NCBI GenBank assembly: GCA_965216465.1
Contig: CBDCFW010000006.1
Location: forward strand, 853,244-917,243
DNA from: Bacteroidia bacterium
GTDB taxonomy: Bacteria; Bacteroidota; Bacteroidia; NS11-12g; UBA9320
DNA: 64,000 nt
Direction of reading: 5' to 3'
Shown: positions 1 through 10,603 of the stretch, piece after piece
How positions within the stretch are numbered: position 1 is the stretch's first letter
Layout: each line of letters opens with the position of its first letter
The notes under the pieces: generated by a model
Seen by the model: the letters and a program-made list of their open reading frames with translations, nothing else
Database searches by the model: none
Told to the model about the DNA's origin: nothing
Position numbers and translations under genes: made by a program

Positions 1-3000
1 AAAAACTGATACCAATCCCGAAAACATTCTTTGTTTAACCTTCACAGAAGCAGCAGCTACTTCATTGCGCAATAGACTATATCAGTTTATCGGTTCTGCT
101 TCTCACCGGGTAAATATTTTAACTTATCACGGTTTTTGTAATCAGGTGATACAAGAGAACAAAGATTTGTTTGGGGTTCAGAATTTAAATCCGGTATCCG
201 AGCTTGAAGTAATTGAATTGCTCAAAGAAATTATTGATGAACTTCCCAACTCAAGCGTCCTTAAAAGATTTAGAGGCGACGTTTATTATGACTCCAATAA
301 TCTTAAAAAATTATTCTCACTTCTAAAGAAAGACGACATCAGCCCGCAAGATATACAACAAAGAGTGGCCGAGTATCTAGAAGAATTAAAAAATGATGAA
401 AGCTTCTATTACAAAAGAAAGTCGGGGAACTTTCAAAAGGGCGACTTTAAAATTGACCATTTTAACAAGGAGAAAGAAGCACTTGACAAACTCATTGAAG
501 CAAGCAGATTGCTCCATGTATACGAGCAAAAACTAGCCCGTATTCAATGTTACGATTTTGATGATATGCTGAAATGGGTTTTGAACATGTTTAACAAAAA
601 CCCAGACCTTCTTTTAAATTATCAAGAGCAGTTTCACTATTTCTTAGTCGATGAGTACCAAGACACGAATGGAGTTCAAAACAAACTTTTATATGATCTA
701 ATATCATACTGGGACAATCCAAATGTATTTGTCGTTGGAGACGATGACCAATCAATTTATAAATTTCAGGGAGCGAATGTCGAGAATATATATCAGTTCT
801 ATAAACGTTATGAGCAGTATGCTCAACTCATAGTCTTGGATGAAAACTATCGCTCAAGTCAAAATATACTGGATGGGAGTAACAGCATTATTTCTAAAAA
901 CGAAGAACGGTTGGTAGGCAAAGTACCTGGCCTAACCAAAAACATCAAAGCATCAAATCCAGAAGTAAGCTCAATAACTCAAGCCGTAAAAGTCGTAGAA
1001 TATCCAAATGCTTTTCAAGAAATTGTGAGTATTACTTCGAAGATTAAAAAACTGAAAACAGAAGGAGTCAGTTATAAAGATGTGGCTGTGCTGTATCGAA
1101 ACCATGCCCAGAGCGATGAACTAATCCGTTTTTTGGAAGCAGAGCGAATCGACTTTAACGTTACACGAACACAAGATGTCCTCGAAGTGATAATTGTTAA
1201 ACAGCTCAATGACTTTTTAAACTACCTCAAGCTAGAAGACAAGAAGTTAGACTCAGGTCAACACTTGTTATTTTCAATCCTGAATTTTAATCATTTCAAA
1301 CATCTTTCAGCATTCGACATTGCCCGCATCAGTCGTTACTGCTACACTTATAAAAAAGAAGGAGGATGGAGAACGGTTCTGAACCAACTTCCAGGTGAGC
1401 TCAATATTTCAGACGCAGCAACCAAAGAGCTAAATCAATTTGTATCGGATACTGAGTATTGGTTAAAAGAAATGCACAATTTAACCTTACAAGTTCTGGT
1501 TGAAAAGGTAATGTCTAAGATGGGATTTGTTTCTCGCGCACTTGCAGGAAGCGATGCCACCTTTGAGATGCAGTGTCTTAAAACGTATTTCAATTTCTTG
1601 AAAGAAGAAACCTCACGTAATCCTTACCTAAGCTTGTCTGAGTTTTTGGTGAAGGTTGATTTATTGATGAACAACGGAATCGGGTTAAAATTAAATCGAG
1701 TTGTGCATGGATTGAATGGCGTTAATCTCATGACTGTACATGGATCTAAAGGATTGGAATTTGACCATGTGTTCTTATTGGGTTGCACAGAAAAGAAATG
1801 GGAAAAAGATCGAACCAGTCTTCCTTTCGGTTTAAATAAAATTTGGGCAGGTGAGCCAAAGTCGGCTACAGAAGAAGAAGCCCGTCGATTATTTTATGTT
1901 GCCTTAACCCGAGCTAGAAAAGGAATTGAAGTTAGCTATGCTTTGAAAAATGAGAAAGACAAAGACATGGCTAAAAGCGTTTATGTTGTTGAGCTCGAGG
2001 AAAGCAATGCTGCAGTAATTTCAAAGGAGATGGCCAAAGAAGATGATATGCTACACTTCTTCGATTTTATGCTAAGTTACAATGATGAATCTTATGTTGA
2101 TTTGGTCAATCAAGATTTTGTTAAGGCAATTCTTGAAGACTTTAGATTGAATGCAACTAATCTGAACAATTACCTCAAGTGTCCGGTAACATTCTTTTAT
2201 CAAAACATTATAAAGGTTCCATCTGCGAAAGGTGAAAACATGGCCTTTGGGTCTGCAGTTCATTATGCCTTAGAAGGATTATTTAAGCCAGATATAGAGC
2301 TTAACAATCCAACCGCTATGAAAGAAATGCTTACAACCCGTTTCAAAAACTATGTGCACAATAACAAAGAGTCATTTACAACTGAAGCCTTAGAAAGAAG
2401 ATTGCATTATGGAGGAGAGATTTTAAGAGGATACTATGATCAGTATAGTGATGATTTGATAAGTAATAATCAAGTTGAAACGGAGGTGTATTTCAACACC
2501 AGCGAGGTTGATGGTGTACCTATAAGTGGGGTGATAGACAAAATGATAGTCAAAGACAAGGTAGTTCATGTTGTTGACTATAAAACGGGTAAGTATGAAA
2601 CCGGAAGGAAGAAAGTAAGCCCTCCATCGGTCTTAGATTTAGAAAGCCAAGAGGAGAATTATGAGAAGAAGCATGGTGGAGACTACTGGAGACAAGTGTT
2701 GTTTTATAAAGCACTAATTGAAAGCGATAAGCGTCTAAACTATGACGTGTTATCTGGAGAAATAGACTTCATTGAACCTCACAAAGAGGAATATCAAAAA
2801 GCTAAGATTATAATTCAAGATAATGAATACCAGTTTGTTAGAGCTCAAATCAAACAAGTGTATCAACGTATTATGAATATGGAATTTACCGAAGGCTGCA
2901 ACGAACACGACTGCCAATGGTGTAACTTCAACCGGTATTATCTAGGTAAAAAGCGTTACGAGCACGACGACCTTTTATCAACTCAATCCGTTGATATGGA

Positions 3001-3010
3001 AGAAAGATGA
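1..3010 (+). CDS. UvrD/PcrA-family DNA helicase fused to a C-terminal PD-(D/E)XK RecB-like nuclease with a Cys cluster. 5'-partial: the frame is open from window position 2.
   Basis: The upstream in-frame translation ...LCLTFTEAAATSLRNRL is UvrD motif Ia. DEYQDTN (motif II) and LDENYRS are present. The C-terminus carries VDYKTGK...EGCNEHDCQWCNF, an AddB/Cas4-style Cys cluster next to a nuclease motif. The ORF track starts it at a TTG at 65, but there is no stop upstream. Confidence 0.8.
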   Translation, partial: KTDTNPENILCLTFTEAAATSLRNRLYQFIGSASHRVNILTYHGFCNQVIQENKDLFGVQNLNPVSELEVIELLKEIIDELPNSSVLKRFRGDVYYDSNNLKKLFSLLKKDDISPQDIQQRVAEYLEELKNDESFYYKRKSGNFQKGDFKIDHFNKEKEALDKLIEASRLLHVYEQKLARIQCYDFDDMLKWVLNMFNKNPDLLLNYQEQFHYFLVDEYQDTNGVQNKLLYDLISYWDNPNVFVVGDDDQSIYKFQGANVENIYQFYKRYEQYAQLIVLDENYRSSQNILDGSNSIISKNEERLVGKVPGLTKNIKASNPEVSSITQAVKVVEYPNAFQEIVSITSKIKKLKTEGVSYKDVAVLYRNHAQSDELIRFLEAERIDFNVTRTQDVLEVIIVKQLNDFLNYLKLEDKKLDSGQHLLFSILNFNHFKHLSAFDIARISRYCYTYKKEGGWRTVLNQLPGELNISDAATKELNQFVSDTEYWLKEMHNLTLQVLVEKVMSKMGFVSRALAGSDATFEMQCLKTYFNFLKEETSRNPYLSLSEFLVKVDLLMNNGIGLKLNRVVHGLNGVNLMTVHGSKGLEFDHVFLLGCTEKKWEKDRTSLPFGLNKIWAGEPKSATEEEARRLFYVALTRARKGIEVSYALKNEKDKDMAKSVYVVELEESNAAVISKEMAKEDDMLHFFDFMLSYNDESYVDLVNQDFVKAILEDFRLNATNLNNYLKCPVTFFYQNIIKVPSAKGENMAFGSAVHYALEGLFKPDIELNNPTAMKEMLTTRFKNYVHNNKESFTTEALERRLHYGGEILRGYYDQYSDDLISNNQVETEVYFNTSEVDGVPISGVIDKMIVKDKVVHVVDYKTGKYETGRKKVSPPSVLDLESQEENYEKKHGGDYWRQVLFYKALIESDKRLNYDVLSGEIDFIEPHKEEYQKAKIIIQDNEYQFVRAQIKQVYQRIMNMEFTEGCNEHDCQWCNFNRYYLGKKRYEHDDLLSTQSVDMEER

Positions 3011-3068
3011 CCAAGTAGGGCCAAATTTCTTCAAAACAATACGTACTTTTGCCTTGTTTTTTACAAAC

Positions 3069-3632
3069 ATGGAATTAGCAGACGTAATAACCGTATATTC
3101 TGAAAAGACGCCGAATCCGGAGTCTATGAAGTTTGTGGCAAACAAGATGATTTTGCCAAATGATAGTGTTGACTTCAGAACAAAAGAAAATCTTGACGAA
3201 TGCCCAATGGCAAAAGAGTTGTTTGAATACGACTTTGTAAAAGGAGTGTTTATCATGAACAACTTTGTTTCGGTAACAAAAAAAGCTGACTACGAATGGT
3301 TCGACATTATTCCTCAGCTTAAGAAATTTGTTCAAGACTACCTTGAAGCCGAAAAGCCAATCATTGAGAAAAAAGAGGAGTTAACTGAAGAAGAAGAAAG
3401 TGAAGTAGTGATGAAAATCAAACAACTTTTGGAGGATCATGTTAAGCCAGCAGTTGAAATGGATGGTGGAGCGATTGATTTTAAAAGCTTCGATGAAGGA
3501 GTTGTAACAGTTACTATGAAAGGTTCTTGTAGCGGATGCCCTTCAAGTACCTTAACGCTTAAAGCTGGAATTGAAAACCTACTAAAAAGAATGATACCTG
3601 AGGTTGAAGCTGTTGAAGCTGAAGCCGGATAA
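3069..3632 (+). CDS. NifU/Nfu-type Fe-S cluster scaffold (Nfu_N domain + NifU C-terminal CxxC domain)
   Basis: YSEKTPNPESMKF matches the Nfu_N signature. GSCSGCPSSTLTLKAGIENLL is the NifU-like CxxC motif. ATG at 3069 is preferred over the 2991 start because it does not overlap the upstream gene. Confidence 0.75.
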   Translation: MELADVITVYSEKTPNPESMKFVANKMILPNDSVDFRTKENLDECPMAKELFEYDFVKGVFIMNNFVSVTKKADYEWFDIIPQLKKFVQDYLEAEKPIIEKKEELTEEEESEVVMKIKQLLEDHVKPAVEMDGGAIDFKSFDEGVVTVTMKGSCSGCPSSTLTLKAGIENLLKRMIPEVEAVEAEAG

Positions 3633-3643
3633 ACAATAAAATT

Positions 3644-4318
3644 ATGATTAGAAAAATTACCTTACTTTTATCATTAGCTCTTTTTGCAAGCTTTGGATTT
3701 GCTCAAGTTGAATTTAGCAAAGACTCAGCAGAACTTATTTATGTTGATATGACCAACTTTGAGTATGCAGAAGAGGTTGAGATTACAAATAACAGTACAG
3801 ATCCTGCAGATACTGTATTTACTTGGGAAAGAACTGTTGAAGCAATTCCTGATGAGTGGGGAACAGCGATATGTGACAAAGACCTTTGTTATCCAGAATC
3901 AACCAATACTGCTGGATTTATATTACCAATAGGTAAAACAATAAAGTTTAAGGTAAATTATTACCCATATAATGCGAGAGGTTGTGGTGATGTAACGATT
4001 ACTATTTTCTCAGATTTGAATCCGACTACGAACAATGACACGTTCTATACCGAGGTTTGTGCATTTAATCCAGCATCTGTGAAGGAAGTGCATCAATCAT
4101 TCAAAATTTATCCTAATCCTGCAAAAGATTATATTACCATTCAGACTCAAAATCAAGGTGCATTGAACTACGGTATTTATGACATCCTTGGAAACTTACA
4201 CCAAAGCGATGTGGTTTTATCAGGAGGTCAGATTGACATTCACAACTTGAAAAAAGGAGTTTATGTTCTTAGACTAGAGGGAGATCACTCAAGGTCACAA
4301 GTATTCCATAAGCTATAA
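3644..4318 (+). CDS. Small secreted protein with a T9SS (Por) C-terminal sorting domain
   Basis: N-terminal signal peptide MIRKITLLLSLALFASFGFAQ. The C-terminus KIYPNPAKDYITIQ...GVYVLRLEG is a typical Por_Secre_tail. Confidence 0.7.
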   Translation: MIRKITLLLSLALFASFGFAQVEFSKDSAELIYVDMTNFEYAEEVEITNNSTDPADTVFTWERTVEAIPDEWGTAICDKDLCYPESTNTAGFILPIGKTIKFKVNYYPYNARGCGDVTITIFSDLNPTTNNDTFYTEVCAFNPASVKEVHQSFKIYPNPAKDYITIQTQNQGALNYGIYDILGNLHQSDVVLSGGQIDIHNLKKGVYVLRLEGDHSRSQVFHKL

Positions 4319-4342
4319 AAAAGAAATAACACGATACAAAAA

Positions 4343-4368
4343 ATGGGGCCGAGAGCCCCATTTTTTTT
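4343..4368. terminator. Bidirectional rho-independent terminator between convergent genes
   Basis: The sequence aTGGGGCcgagaGCCCCAtttttttt is a GC-rich hairpin followed by a T8 run. Confidence 0.6.
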
Positions 4369-4386
4369 GTTTAATTTTTAAGTTTA

Positions 4387-5727
4387 TTATGCGTTGATGT
4401 CGAAGGTTTCCATAAACTTCGTAGTGAAGTTACCGTTTCTGAAATCTTCGTTCTGCATTAATTTGATATGCAAAGGAATGGTTGTTTTAACACCTTCAAT
4501 CACGAACTCAGAAAGAGCTCTTTCCATTTTAACAATACACTCTTCTCTTGTTTGAGCTGAAACAATCAGTTTCGCAATCATCGAGTCATAAAATGGTGGT
4601 ATAACATATCCAGCGTAGATGTGTGAATCAACTCTTATGCCGTGACCACCTGGTTTGTGCAGTACTTCAATTCTTCCTGGACTTGGTCTGAAATCGTGAA
4701 ATACATCTTCAGCATTGATACGACATTCCATTGAGTGCTTTTCAGGAAGGTAGTTCTTTCCAGACATCGGAATACCTGCAGCGATCTTGATTTGTTCTTT
4801 AATCAAATCGTGGTTGATTACTTCCTCAGTAACTGGGTGCTCTACTTGAATACGTGTATTCATTTCCATGAAATAGAAATTCTTGTGTTTGTCAACCAAG
4901 AACTCTACAGTACCAACACCTTCATATTGAATAGCTTCACCTGCAGCAATTGCAGCTTCACCCATTTTTTGTCTAAGCTCTTCATCAGCAAACGGAGAAG
5001 GAGCCTCTTCAATTAGTTTTTGATGTCTTCTTTGAATCGAACAGTCACGCTCAGAAAGGTGACAAACTTTACCGTATTGGTCTCCAGCAATTTGAATCTC
5101 AATGTGGCGTGGTTCTTCAACGAATTTTTCAAGGTACATACCATCGTTTCCGAAGGCAGCCTTTGCTTCAGTTCGAGCACTTGCCCAAGCCTCAACAAAC
5201 TCTTCATCATCCCAGATTACACGCATACCTTTACCACCACCACCGGCAGTAGCTTTTAGCATTACAGGATATCCCATTTCATTTGAAAGTGCAATACCCT
5301 CTTTTTCATCTTTCAACAGACCTTCTGATCCAGGTACACAAGGAACTCCTGCAGCAATCATGGTTGCCTTTGCGTTCGACTTGTCACCCATACCATTAAT
5401 CATTTCAGGACTGGCACCAATGAATTTAATTCCATGGTCACGACACATTTCAGAAAATATGGCATTTTCAGAAAGGAATCCATAACCTGGGTGTATGGCA
5501 TCTGCATTTGTGATTTCAGCAGCAGAAATAATCTTAGGCATGCTCAAGTACGATTCTGTACTTGAAGGAGGCCCAATACATACTGCTTCGTCAGCAAATT
5601 TTACATGTAAACTGTCTTTATCTGCCGTAGAGTAAACTGCAACAGTTGGGATATTCATTTCTTTACAAGTACGAATAACCCTTAATGCAATTTCTCCACG
5701 ATTTGCAATTAAGATTTTCTTAAACAT
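4387..5727 (-). CDS. accC: Acetyl-CoA carboxylase biotin carboxylase subunit
   Basis: [27 protein letters not shown]... gives a full-length ATP-grasp biotin carboxylase. Confidence 0.95.
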   Translation of the reverse strand: MFKKILIANRGEIALRVIRTCKEMNIPTVAVYSTADKDSLHVKFADEAVCIGPPSSTESYLSMPKIISAAEITNADAIHPGYGFLSENAIFSEMCRDHGIKFIGASPEMINGMGDKSNAKATMIAAGVPCVPGSEGLLKDEKEGIALSNEMGYPVMLKATAGGGGKGMRVIWDDEEFVEAWASARTEAKAAFGNDGMYLEKFVEEPRHIEIQIAGDQYGKVCHLSERDCSIQRRHQKLIEEAPSPFADEELRQKMGEAAIAAGEAIQYEGVGTVEFLVDKHKNFYFMEMNTRIQVEHPVTEEVINHDLIKEQIKIAAGIPMSGKNYLPEKHSMECRINAEDVFHDFRPSPGRIEVLHKPGGHGIRVDSHIYAGYVIPPFYDSMIAKLIVSAQTREECIVKMERALSEFVIEGVKTTIPLHIKLMQNEDFRNGNFTTKFMETFDINA

Positions 5728-5738
5728 AAGAAAGTATA

Positions 5739-6218
5739 TTAATTAGGTTCAACTAGGAATAACGGTTGGTCGTATTCAACAGGCTTAGAATCATCAACTA
5801 ATACCTTAACCACCTTACCGCTAACTTCAGCTTCAATCTCATTGAAAAGCTTCATTGCTTCAATGATACAAATTACTTGGCCTTTCTCGATTACATCGCC
5901 AACCTCAACAAATGCTGGTTTGTCAGGAGATGATTTTCTGTAGAAAGTTCCGATCATTGGAGACTTAAGCTCAACCGTGTTTGTTGCTGCTGGCTCAGCT
6001 GCTGGTGCAGCTGGAGTTGCTGGTGCCGCCGTTGGAGCTGCAGGAGCTGGAGCTTCAACCACAACTTGTTGAGGAGCTGGCATTGCAATAGGAGCCGGAG
6101 CTGCAACTGGTTGATTTCTTTTTATATTGATTTTAAAATCTTTTTTCTCAATTGATACTTCATCGACTTTAGATGATGAAATAAATTTGATTAAGGTTTG
6201 AATTTCTTTTAATTCCAT
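5739..6218 (-). CDS. accB: Biotin carboxyl carrier protein
   Basis: Pro/Ala-rich linker followed by a C-terminal biotinyl domain with [17 protein letters not shown]. Confidence 0.9.
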   Translation of the reverse strand: MELKEIQTLIKFISSSKVDEVSIEKKDFKINIKRNQPVAAPAPIAMPAPQQVVVEAPAPAAPTAAPATPAAPAAEPAATNTVELKSPMIGTFYRKSSPDKPAFVEVGDVIEKGQVICIIEAMKLFNEIEAEVSGKVVKVLVDDSKPVEYDQPLFLVEPN

Positions 6219-6257
6219 GATTTAATTTCTTTAACGAAAATAGTACAAATTGTTTAT

Positions 6258-7241
6258 TTATTGGTCGTATGCCCACTTGACATAAACAGATCCCCAAGTG
6301 AAACCTCCGCCAAATGCAGCAAGAACTAAATTGTCTCCTTTTTTGAATTTCTTTTCAAAGTCTGTAAGCAACAACGGAATGGTTCCTGCTGTTGTGTTTC
6401 CGTATTTGTTAATATTAATTAACACCTTGTCTTTGCTTAAATCCATTCGATTTGCTGTCGCATCAATAATTCTCAAATTGGCTTGATGTGCAACAAGGTA
6501 ATCTACTGAATCTCCCGTCAGATTGTTACGATCCATAATATCGCGGCTTACTTGTGCCATATTAGTCACCGCAAACTTGAACACCGTTTTACCTTCTTGG
6601 TAAACGTAATGCATGCGCTTATCGATAGTTTCGTGTGTTGGAGGCATTAAAGAACCACCTGCTTTTTGATGAAGGAATTCTTTTCCAACGCCATCAGATT
6701 TAAGGATACTGTCCATAACCCCTACATTCTCTTCTGTAGGTTCAAGAAGTACAGCACCACCACCGTCACCGAAAATCACACATGTGTTTCTATCTTGATA
6801 ATCGACTATAGCCGACATTTTATCCGCACCACATACAATTACTTTTTTATGTTGCCCGGATTGGATGAATTTAGAACCCGTATCTAAAGCGTATAGGAAA
6901 CCAGAGCAAGCTGCACTAATATCATAACCAAATGCATTAGTAGCACCAATTTTGTGTGATACAATATTTGCAGTCGCAGGGAAAACATGATCAGGAGTAA
7001 CGGTTGCTACTATAATCATGTCAATTTCTTCAGCACTGATCTTTCTTTTTTCAAGAATCTGTTTAATTGCTTCAACGCACATATCAGAAGTTGCTTTTCC
7101 ATCTTCTAATATTCGTCTTTCGCTAATTCCAGTTCTTGTTCTTATCCATTCGTCATTGGTGTCAACCAATTTTTCGAGGTCAAAATTGGTCAGTACTTTT
7201 TCTGGCACGTACCCCCCAACGGCTGTAATAGCTGCTCTCAT
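6258..7241 (-). CDS. fabH: 3-oxoacyl-ACP synthase III
   Basis: MRAAITAVGGYVPEKVLTNFDLEKLVDTNDEWIRTRTGI plus an active-site ACSGF segment. Confidence 0.9.
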   Translation of the reverse strand: MRAAITAVGGYVPEKVLTNFDLEKLVDTNDEWIRTRTGISERRILEDGKATSDMCVEAIKQILEKRKISAEEIDMIIVATVTPDHVFPATANIVSHKIGATNAFGYDISAACSGFLYALDTGSKFIQSGQHKKVIVCGADKMSAIVDYQDRNTCVIFGDGGGAVLLEPTEENVGVMDSILKSDGVGKEFLHQKAGGSLMPPTHETIDKRMHYVYQEGKTVFKFAVTNMAQVSRDIMDRNNLTGDSVDYLVAHQANLRIIDATANRMDLSKDKVLININKYGNTTAGTIPLLLTDFEKKFKKGDNLVLAAFGGGFTWGSVYVKWAYDQ

Positions 7242-7247
7242 ATAATA

Positions 7248-8195
7248 TTATATACTTGTTTGTTCAGAAAACGATAGTTCAATTTTAGAAATTAAGTTTG
7301 AATCTACCACATTTTTAGAGAGTTTTATCATATTGCTAAAAGTTTTCGCTTTCGAAATGCCATGACCAACGATAACCGGTTTTTTAACACCTAGGATAGG
7401 AGTTCCGCCATAGTTTTCGAAGTTGAAACGGCTTAAAAATTCATCTTTTACACCTCTTTTTACAAGGTTATAGAAGAATCCTTCGCAAGTTTTAACCACA
7501 ATATTTCCTGTGAAACCATCACAGACCACAACATCGGCAACATCGTTAAAGATATCTCTTCCTTCAACATTACCAGTAAAGTGAATTCCTTTTTGATTTT
7601 CAAGAAGTGGAAAAGCTGCTTTGGTCAGCAGATTTCCTTTTTCTTTTTCTTCACCAATGCTTAGCAAAGCCACTCTTGGATCAGAAATGTTGTAAACCGC
7701 TTTTGCAAACTCACTTCCTAATACAGCAAATTTGGCAAGCGTTTCTGGCTTTACATCTGAATTCAAGCCAACGTCAAGTAATACTCCTGTTGTTCCGCTT
7801 CTCTGGGGAAGAACTGTTGATAGAGCTGGACGTTCAATGCCGTGAATTGTTTTTACGTTGTAAAGCGACGAAACCATCATGGCTCCGGTATTCCCAGCAC
7901 TTAAGAAAGCATCGATTTTTCCTTCAGCTAAGCTGTGTAAACCAACATTTATACTGGAAGTTTTTTTAGACGCAACGGCTTTAGTGGCATGCTCGCTCAT
8001 GCCAATACTTTCACCGGTGTGAACTATAGTAATGTTGGGGTGATCTAACTCTGAAGAATAGGGTGCCAAGGCTTCCGGTTCTCCAAAAATTACAAAATGA
8101 GAATCGCAATTCTCAGCTCGTGCTTCAAAAGAAACAGCCTTTACACATTCTTCGGGTGCAAAGTCACCACCCATGGCATCAATGCCTATCCTCAT
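7248..8195 (-). CDS. plsX: Phosphate acyltransferase PlsX
   Basis: MRIGIDAMGGDFAPEE N-terminus. The gene sits in the conserved yceD-rpmF-plsX-fabH order. Confidence 0.9.
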   Translation of the reverse strand: MRIGIDAMGGDFAPEECVKAVSFEARAENCDSHFVIFGEPEALAPYSSELDHPNITIVHTGESIGMSEHATKAVASKKTSSINVGLHSLAEGKIDAFLSAGNTGAMMVSSLYNVKTIHGIERPALSTVLPQRSGTTGVLLDVGLNSDVKPETLAKFAVLGSEFAKAVYNISDPRVALLSIGEEKEKGNLLTKAAFPLLENQKGIHFTGNVEGRDIFNDVADVVVCDGFTGNIVVKTCEGFFYNLVKRGVKDEFLSRFNFENYGGTPILGVKKPVIVGHGISKAKTFSNMIKLSKNVVDSNLISKIELSFSEQTSI

Positions 8196-8203
8196 ACTAC
8201 TAA

Positions 8204-8389
8204 TTATTCGCCTACTTTAGGTTCTAATACCTGAACACCGCGGTACATTCCGGTTTCAAGGTTTAGCCTATGGTAAAGGTGAACTTCTCCAGTAGATGGA
8301 TCTCTGTGAAGCTGTCTGTTGCCTAATTTGTAATGAGTTCTTCTCTTGTCTCTTCTCGTTTTCGAGATTTTACGTTTAGGATGTGCCAT
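8204..8389 (-). CDS. rpmF: 50S ribosomal protein L32
   Basis: [22 protein letters not shown]. Confidence 0.9.
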   Translation of the reverse strand: MAHPKRKISKTRRDKRRTHYKLGNRQLHRDPSTGEVHLYHRLNLETGMYRGVQVLEPKVGE

Positions 8390-8392
8390 TTT

Positions 8393-8887
8393 CTATTCTA
8401 TTAGTTTTTTTAATACGTCCCACCGATCATCCGTTGGCTTCTCAACTTCAGGAGATTGATAGTTTAATTCACATTGGTCTTTGGTTTGTGAAACTTCACA
8501 TAGTTTTCGTACGGGCATGTTCAAGCAAATGAGCTCGTAAATGCTATCATACGTAGAGTATACTTGATGATTTACTGCAAGGTAGTTTTCTTCTTGTAAT
8601 AACTCTTCATTTCCGGTTAATTTAAGCACCACTTTGTTGGTTGCATCTATGTCGATTTTAATCGGTTTCAAGCAACGCTCGCAATTGGTGTTTATATATC
8701 CAACTATATGATAGTCAATACTAACCGTGGCATCTTTCTTTTCACACTGCAGTGTTACAGTGAGGTCACCAGATTGGTACAAACTATTTTCTTTTAAACC
8801 AAAGAACGCATCTTCTATTTTCAAAGATATACTATCCTTTTCGTTTTTGAATTTAATAAAATCAATATCAAAATCGGACAGCTTCAC
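8393..8887 (-). CDS. yceD: DUF177 / YceD-like protein (large-subunit rRNA accumulation)
   Basis: 164 aa with a C-terminal Cys-containing segment. It lies immediately upstream of rpmF, the usual context for YceD. Confidence 0.75.
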   Translation of the reverse strand: MKLSDFDIDFIKFKNEKDSISLKIEDAFFGLKENSLYQSGDLTVTLQCEKKDATVSIDYHIVGYINTNCERCLKPIKIDIDATNKVVLKLTGNEELLQEENYLAVNHQVYSTYDSIYELICLNMPVRKLCEVSQTKDQCELNYQSPEVEKPTDDRWDVLKKLIE

Positions 8888-8937
8888 TTCAAAAAGGGTG
8901 CAAATTTAATAAATTTACACTTATTATTAACAAGAAA

Positions 8938-10014
8938 TCAATTTAAATCAGGCACACCAATACTAAACTTCTCTCTTCTATGCTCTTTGTACCTAAGCGG
9001 GGTTACAGATTTGTCGTAGAAGCTTAGCCTGTTTCGGTGAATTTTATTGATTAGAAACAGTGCGTTTACAAATGAAGAAGGGTCAGCTAAACCTTTACCA
9101 GCAATGTCGTATGCCGTTCCGTGATCAGGCGATGTTCTTATGAATGGAAGTCCTGCAGTATAGTTTACTCCTGATGAGAAGGCTTGTTGTTTGAAAGGAA
9201 TTAAAACCTGGTCGTGATACATGCCCAATACTCCATCAAAATTTTTAACATTATCAGATCCAAAAAATCCGTCAGGGGCATATGGGCCGATAGCCATTAT
9301 TTCATTTTCTTGAGCTGTTTTGATCGCAGGTGCAATAAGATCAATTTCTTCAGTACCCATCAAACCGTTATCACCAGAGTGTGGATTTATTCCTAACACC
9401 GCAATTTTTGGTTTCGAAATGGCAAAATCTGATTTTAAATGTTCGTGAAGTTCGGTAATAGCATCTACTATTTTTTCAGAGCTCAAATTGGCGCTTACAG
9501 CATTCAAAGGAGTGTGTCCGGTAACCATGGCTACGCGCAAATCGTCATCGAGCAAAATCATTTGAACGTTTGATTCAAATTTCTCTGCAAAATATTGCGT
9601 ATGCCCATTGAATGCTAAGCCCGCATCTACGGTGCTTTTTTTATCAATCGGAGCAGTAAGTATGTTATGAATAATGCCATCTTTTATATCTTCAACGGCT
9701 AATTCTAATGCGTCTAATGCAAATTTCCCGGCCTCAGTACTTGGTTCACCTGGGGTGATGTTTATTCGATCGCGGTTGCAAATTCGAATATTTACAGCAT
9801 CCTCTTTAATATCACTCTTTTTACGAACAATATTGAAGTTTATCGGAGCGATATCCAGTAAGGAGGCATAGTGCTTAAACAGATAGGGCGTGCCATACAC
9901 TACTGGCGTGCAGTAGTTGAGTACCAAGCTAGTGCTCAGAGTTCTCAAGATAAGCTCCGGACCTATACCATTAAAATCGCCAACGGTTATGCCTACGCTA
10001 AGTTTTTCGCTCAT
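8938..10014 (-). CDS. pdxA: 4-hydroxythreonine-4-phosphate dehydrogenase
   Basis: VGITVGDFNGIGPEL..., HSGDNGLMGTEEID and GPYAPDG are PdxA-family motifs. Confidence 0.85.
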   Translation of the reverse strand: MSEKLSVGITVGDFNGIGPELILRTLSTSLVLNYCTPVVYGTPYLFKHYASLLDIAPINFNIVRKKSDIKEDAVNIRICNRDRINITPGEPSTEAGKFALDALELAVEDIKDGIIHNILTAPIDKKSTVDAGLAFNGHTQYFAEKFESNVQMILLDDDLRVAMVTGHTPLNAVSANLSSEKIVDAITELHEHLKSDFAISKPKIAVLGINPHSGDNGLMGTEEIDLIAPAIKTAQENEIMAIGPYAPDGFFGSDNVKNFDGVLGMYHDQVLIPFKQQAFSSGVNYTAGLPFIRTSPDHGTAYDIAGKGLADPSSFVNALFLINKIHRNRLSFYDKSVTPLRYKEHRREKFSIGVPDLN

Positions 10015-10043
10015 AGGTAGGCAAAGGTAGGTTTTCTTACCGA

Positions 10044-10520
10044 TTAAGAAATAAGTTTTTGCCTGAGCATGAATTCAAGCTGTTGGTTGGTTTCAACCAG
10101 TCTTGATTTCATAAGGTGGTCTTGTTTCTTTTCTTGGTTTGCGTAAAAGGATGCTTCAATAGTTTGTGTTAAATCGTCTTTAACCCAAGGCTTGGTTAAA
10201 AATCTAAACACTTCACATCGATTTATAGCCTCAATCACAATATTAATGTCGTTACATCCTGTAATTAAGATCCTTCCAATATGTGGATGCTCAGTCTTTA
10301 ATCGCTCTAAAAGATCGACTCCAGAAATGTCTGGCATCATGTGGTCGGTAATTACAACATCAATCTCATTAGCCTCAATAATTTCAAGGGCTTTAGCAGC
10401 ACCATCGGCTAAGTGTACATTGAAAATTTTACGAAAATTTGCTCTGAAAGCTGTAAGATTTTGTGCTTCATCGTCAACGTAAAGCACGGAAATGATTTTG
10501 TTTAAATCCATGGTTATCAA
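10044..10520 (-). CDS. Stand-alone response-regulator receiver (REC-only, CheY-like)
   Basis: LYVDDE...DVVITDHMMPDISG...LTKP contains the phospho-acceptor Asp and Lys. There is no output domain. Confidence 0.8.
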   Translation of the reverse strand: MITMDLNKIISVLYVDDEAQNLTAFRANFRKIFNVHLADGAAKALEIIEANEIDVVITDHMMPDISGVDLLERLKTEHPHIGRILITGCNDINIVIEAINRCEVFRFLTKPWVKDDLTQTIEASFYANQEKKQDHLMKSRLVETNQQLEFMLRQKLIS

Positions 10521-10603
10521 TAAATAGTAGTACTACAAATATACATTAAATGTTGATAACTGCAAAACTTGGATGTATTTATATAGATGTTTGTATGATT
10601 ACA

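Noticed and set aside
4735-5485. Several 65 to 127-aa ORFs on both strands inside accC
   Set aside because: They lie entirely within a highly conserved, full-length biotin carboxylase gene, so they are antisense or frame artefacts.
10550-10603. Longer N-terminus (MLITAKLGCIYIDVCMITM...) for the E1-like protein
   Set aside because: It would leave only 29 bp between divergent start codons for two promoters. The extension is hydrophobic and non-protein-like. ATG at 10604 (MTYKPHFYRL) is preferred but not proven.
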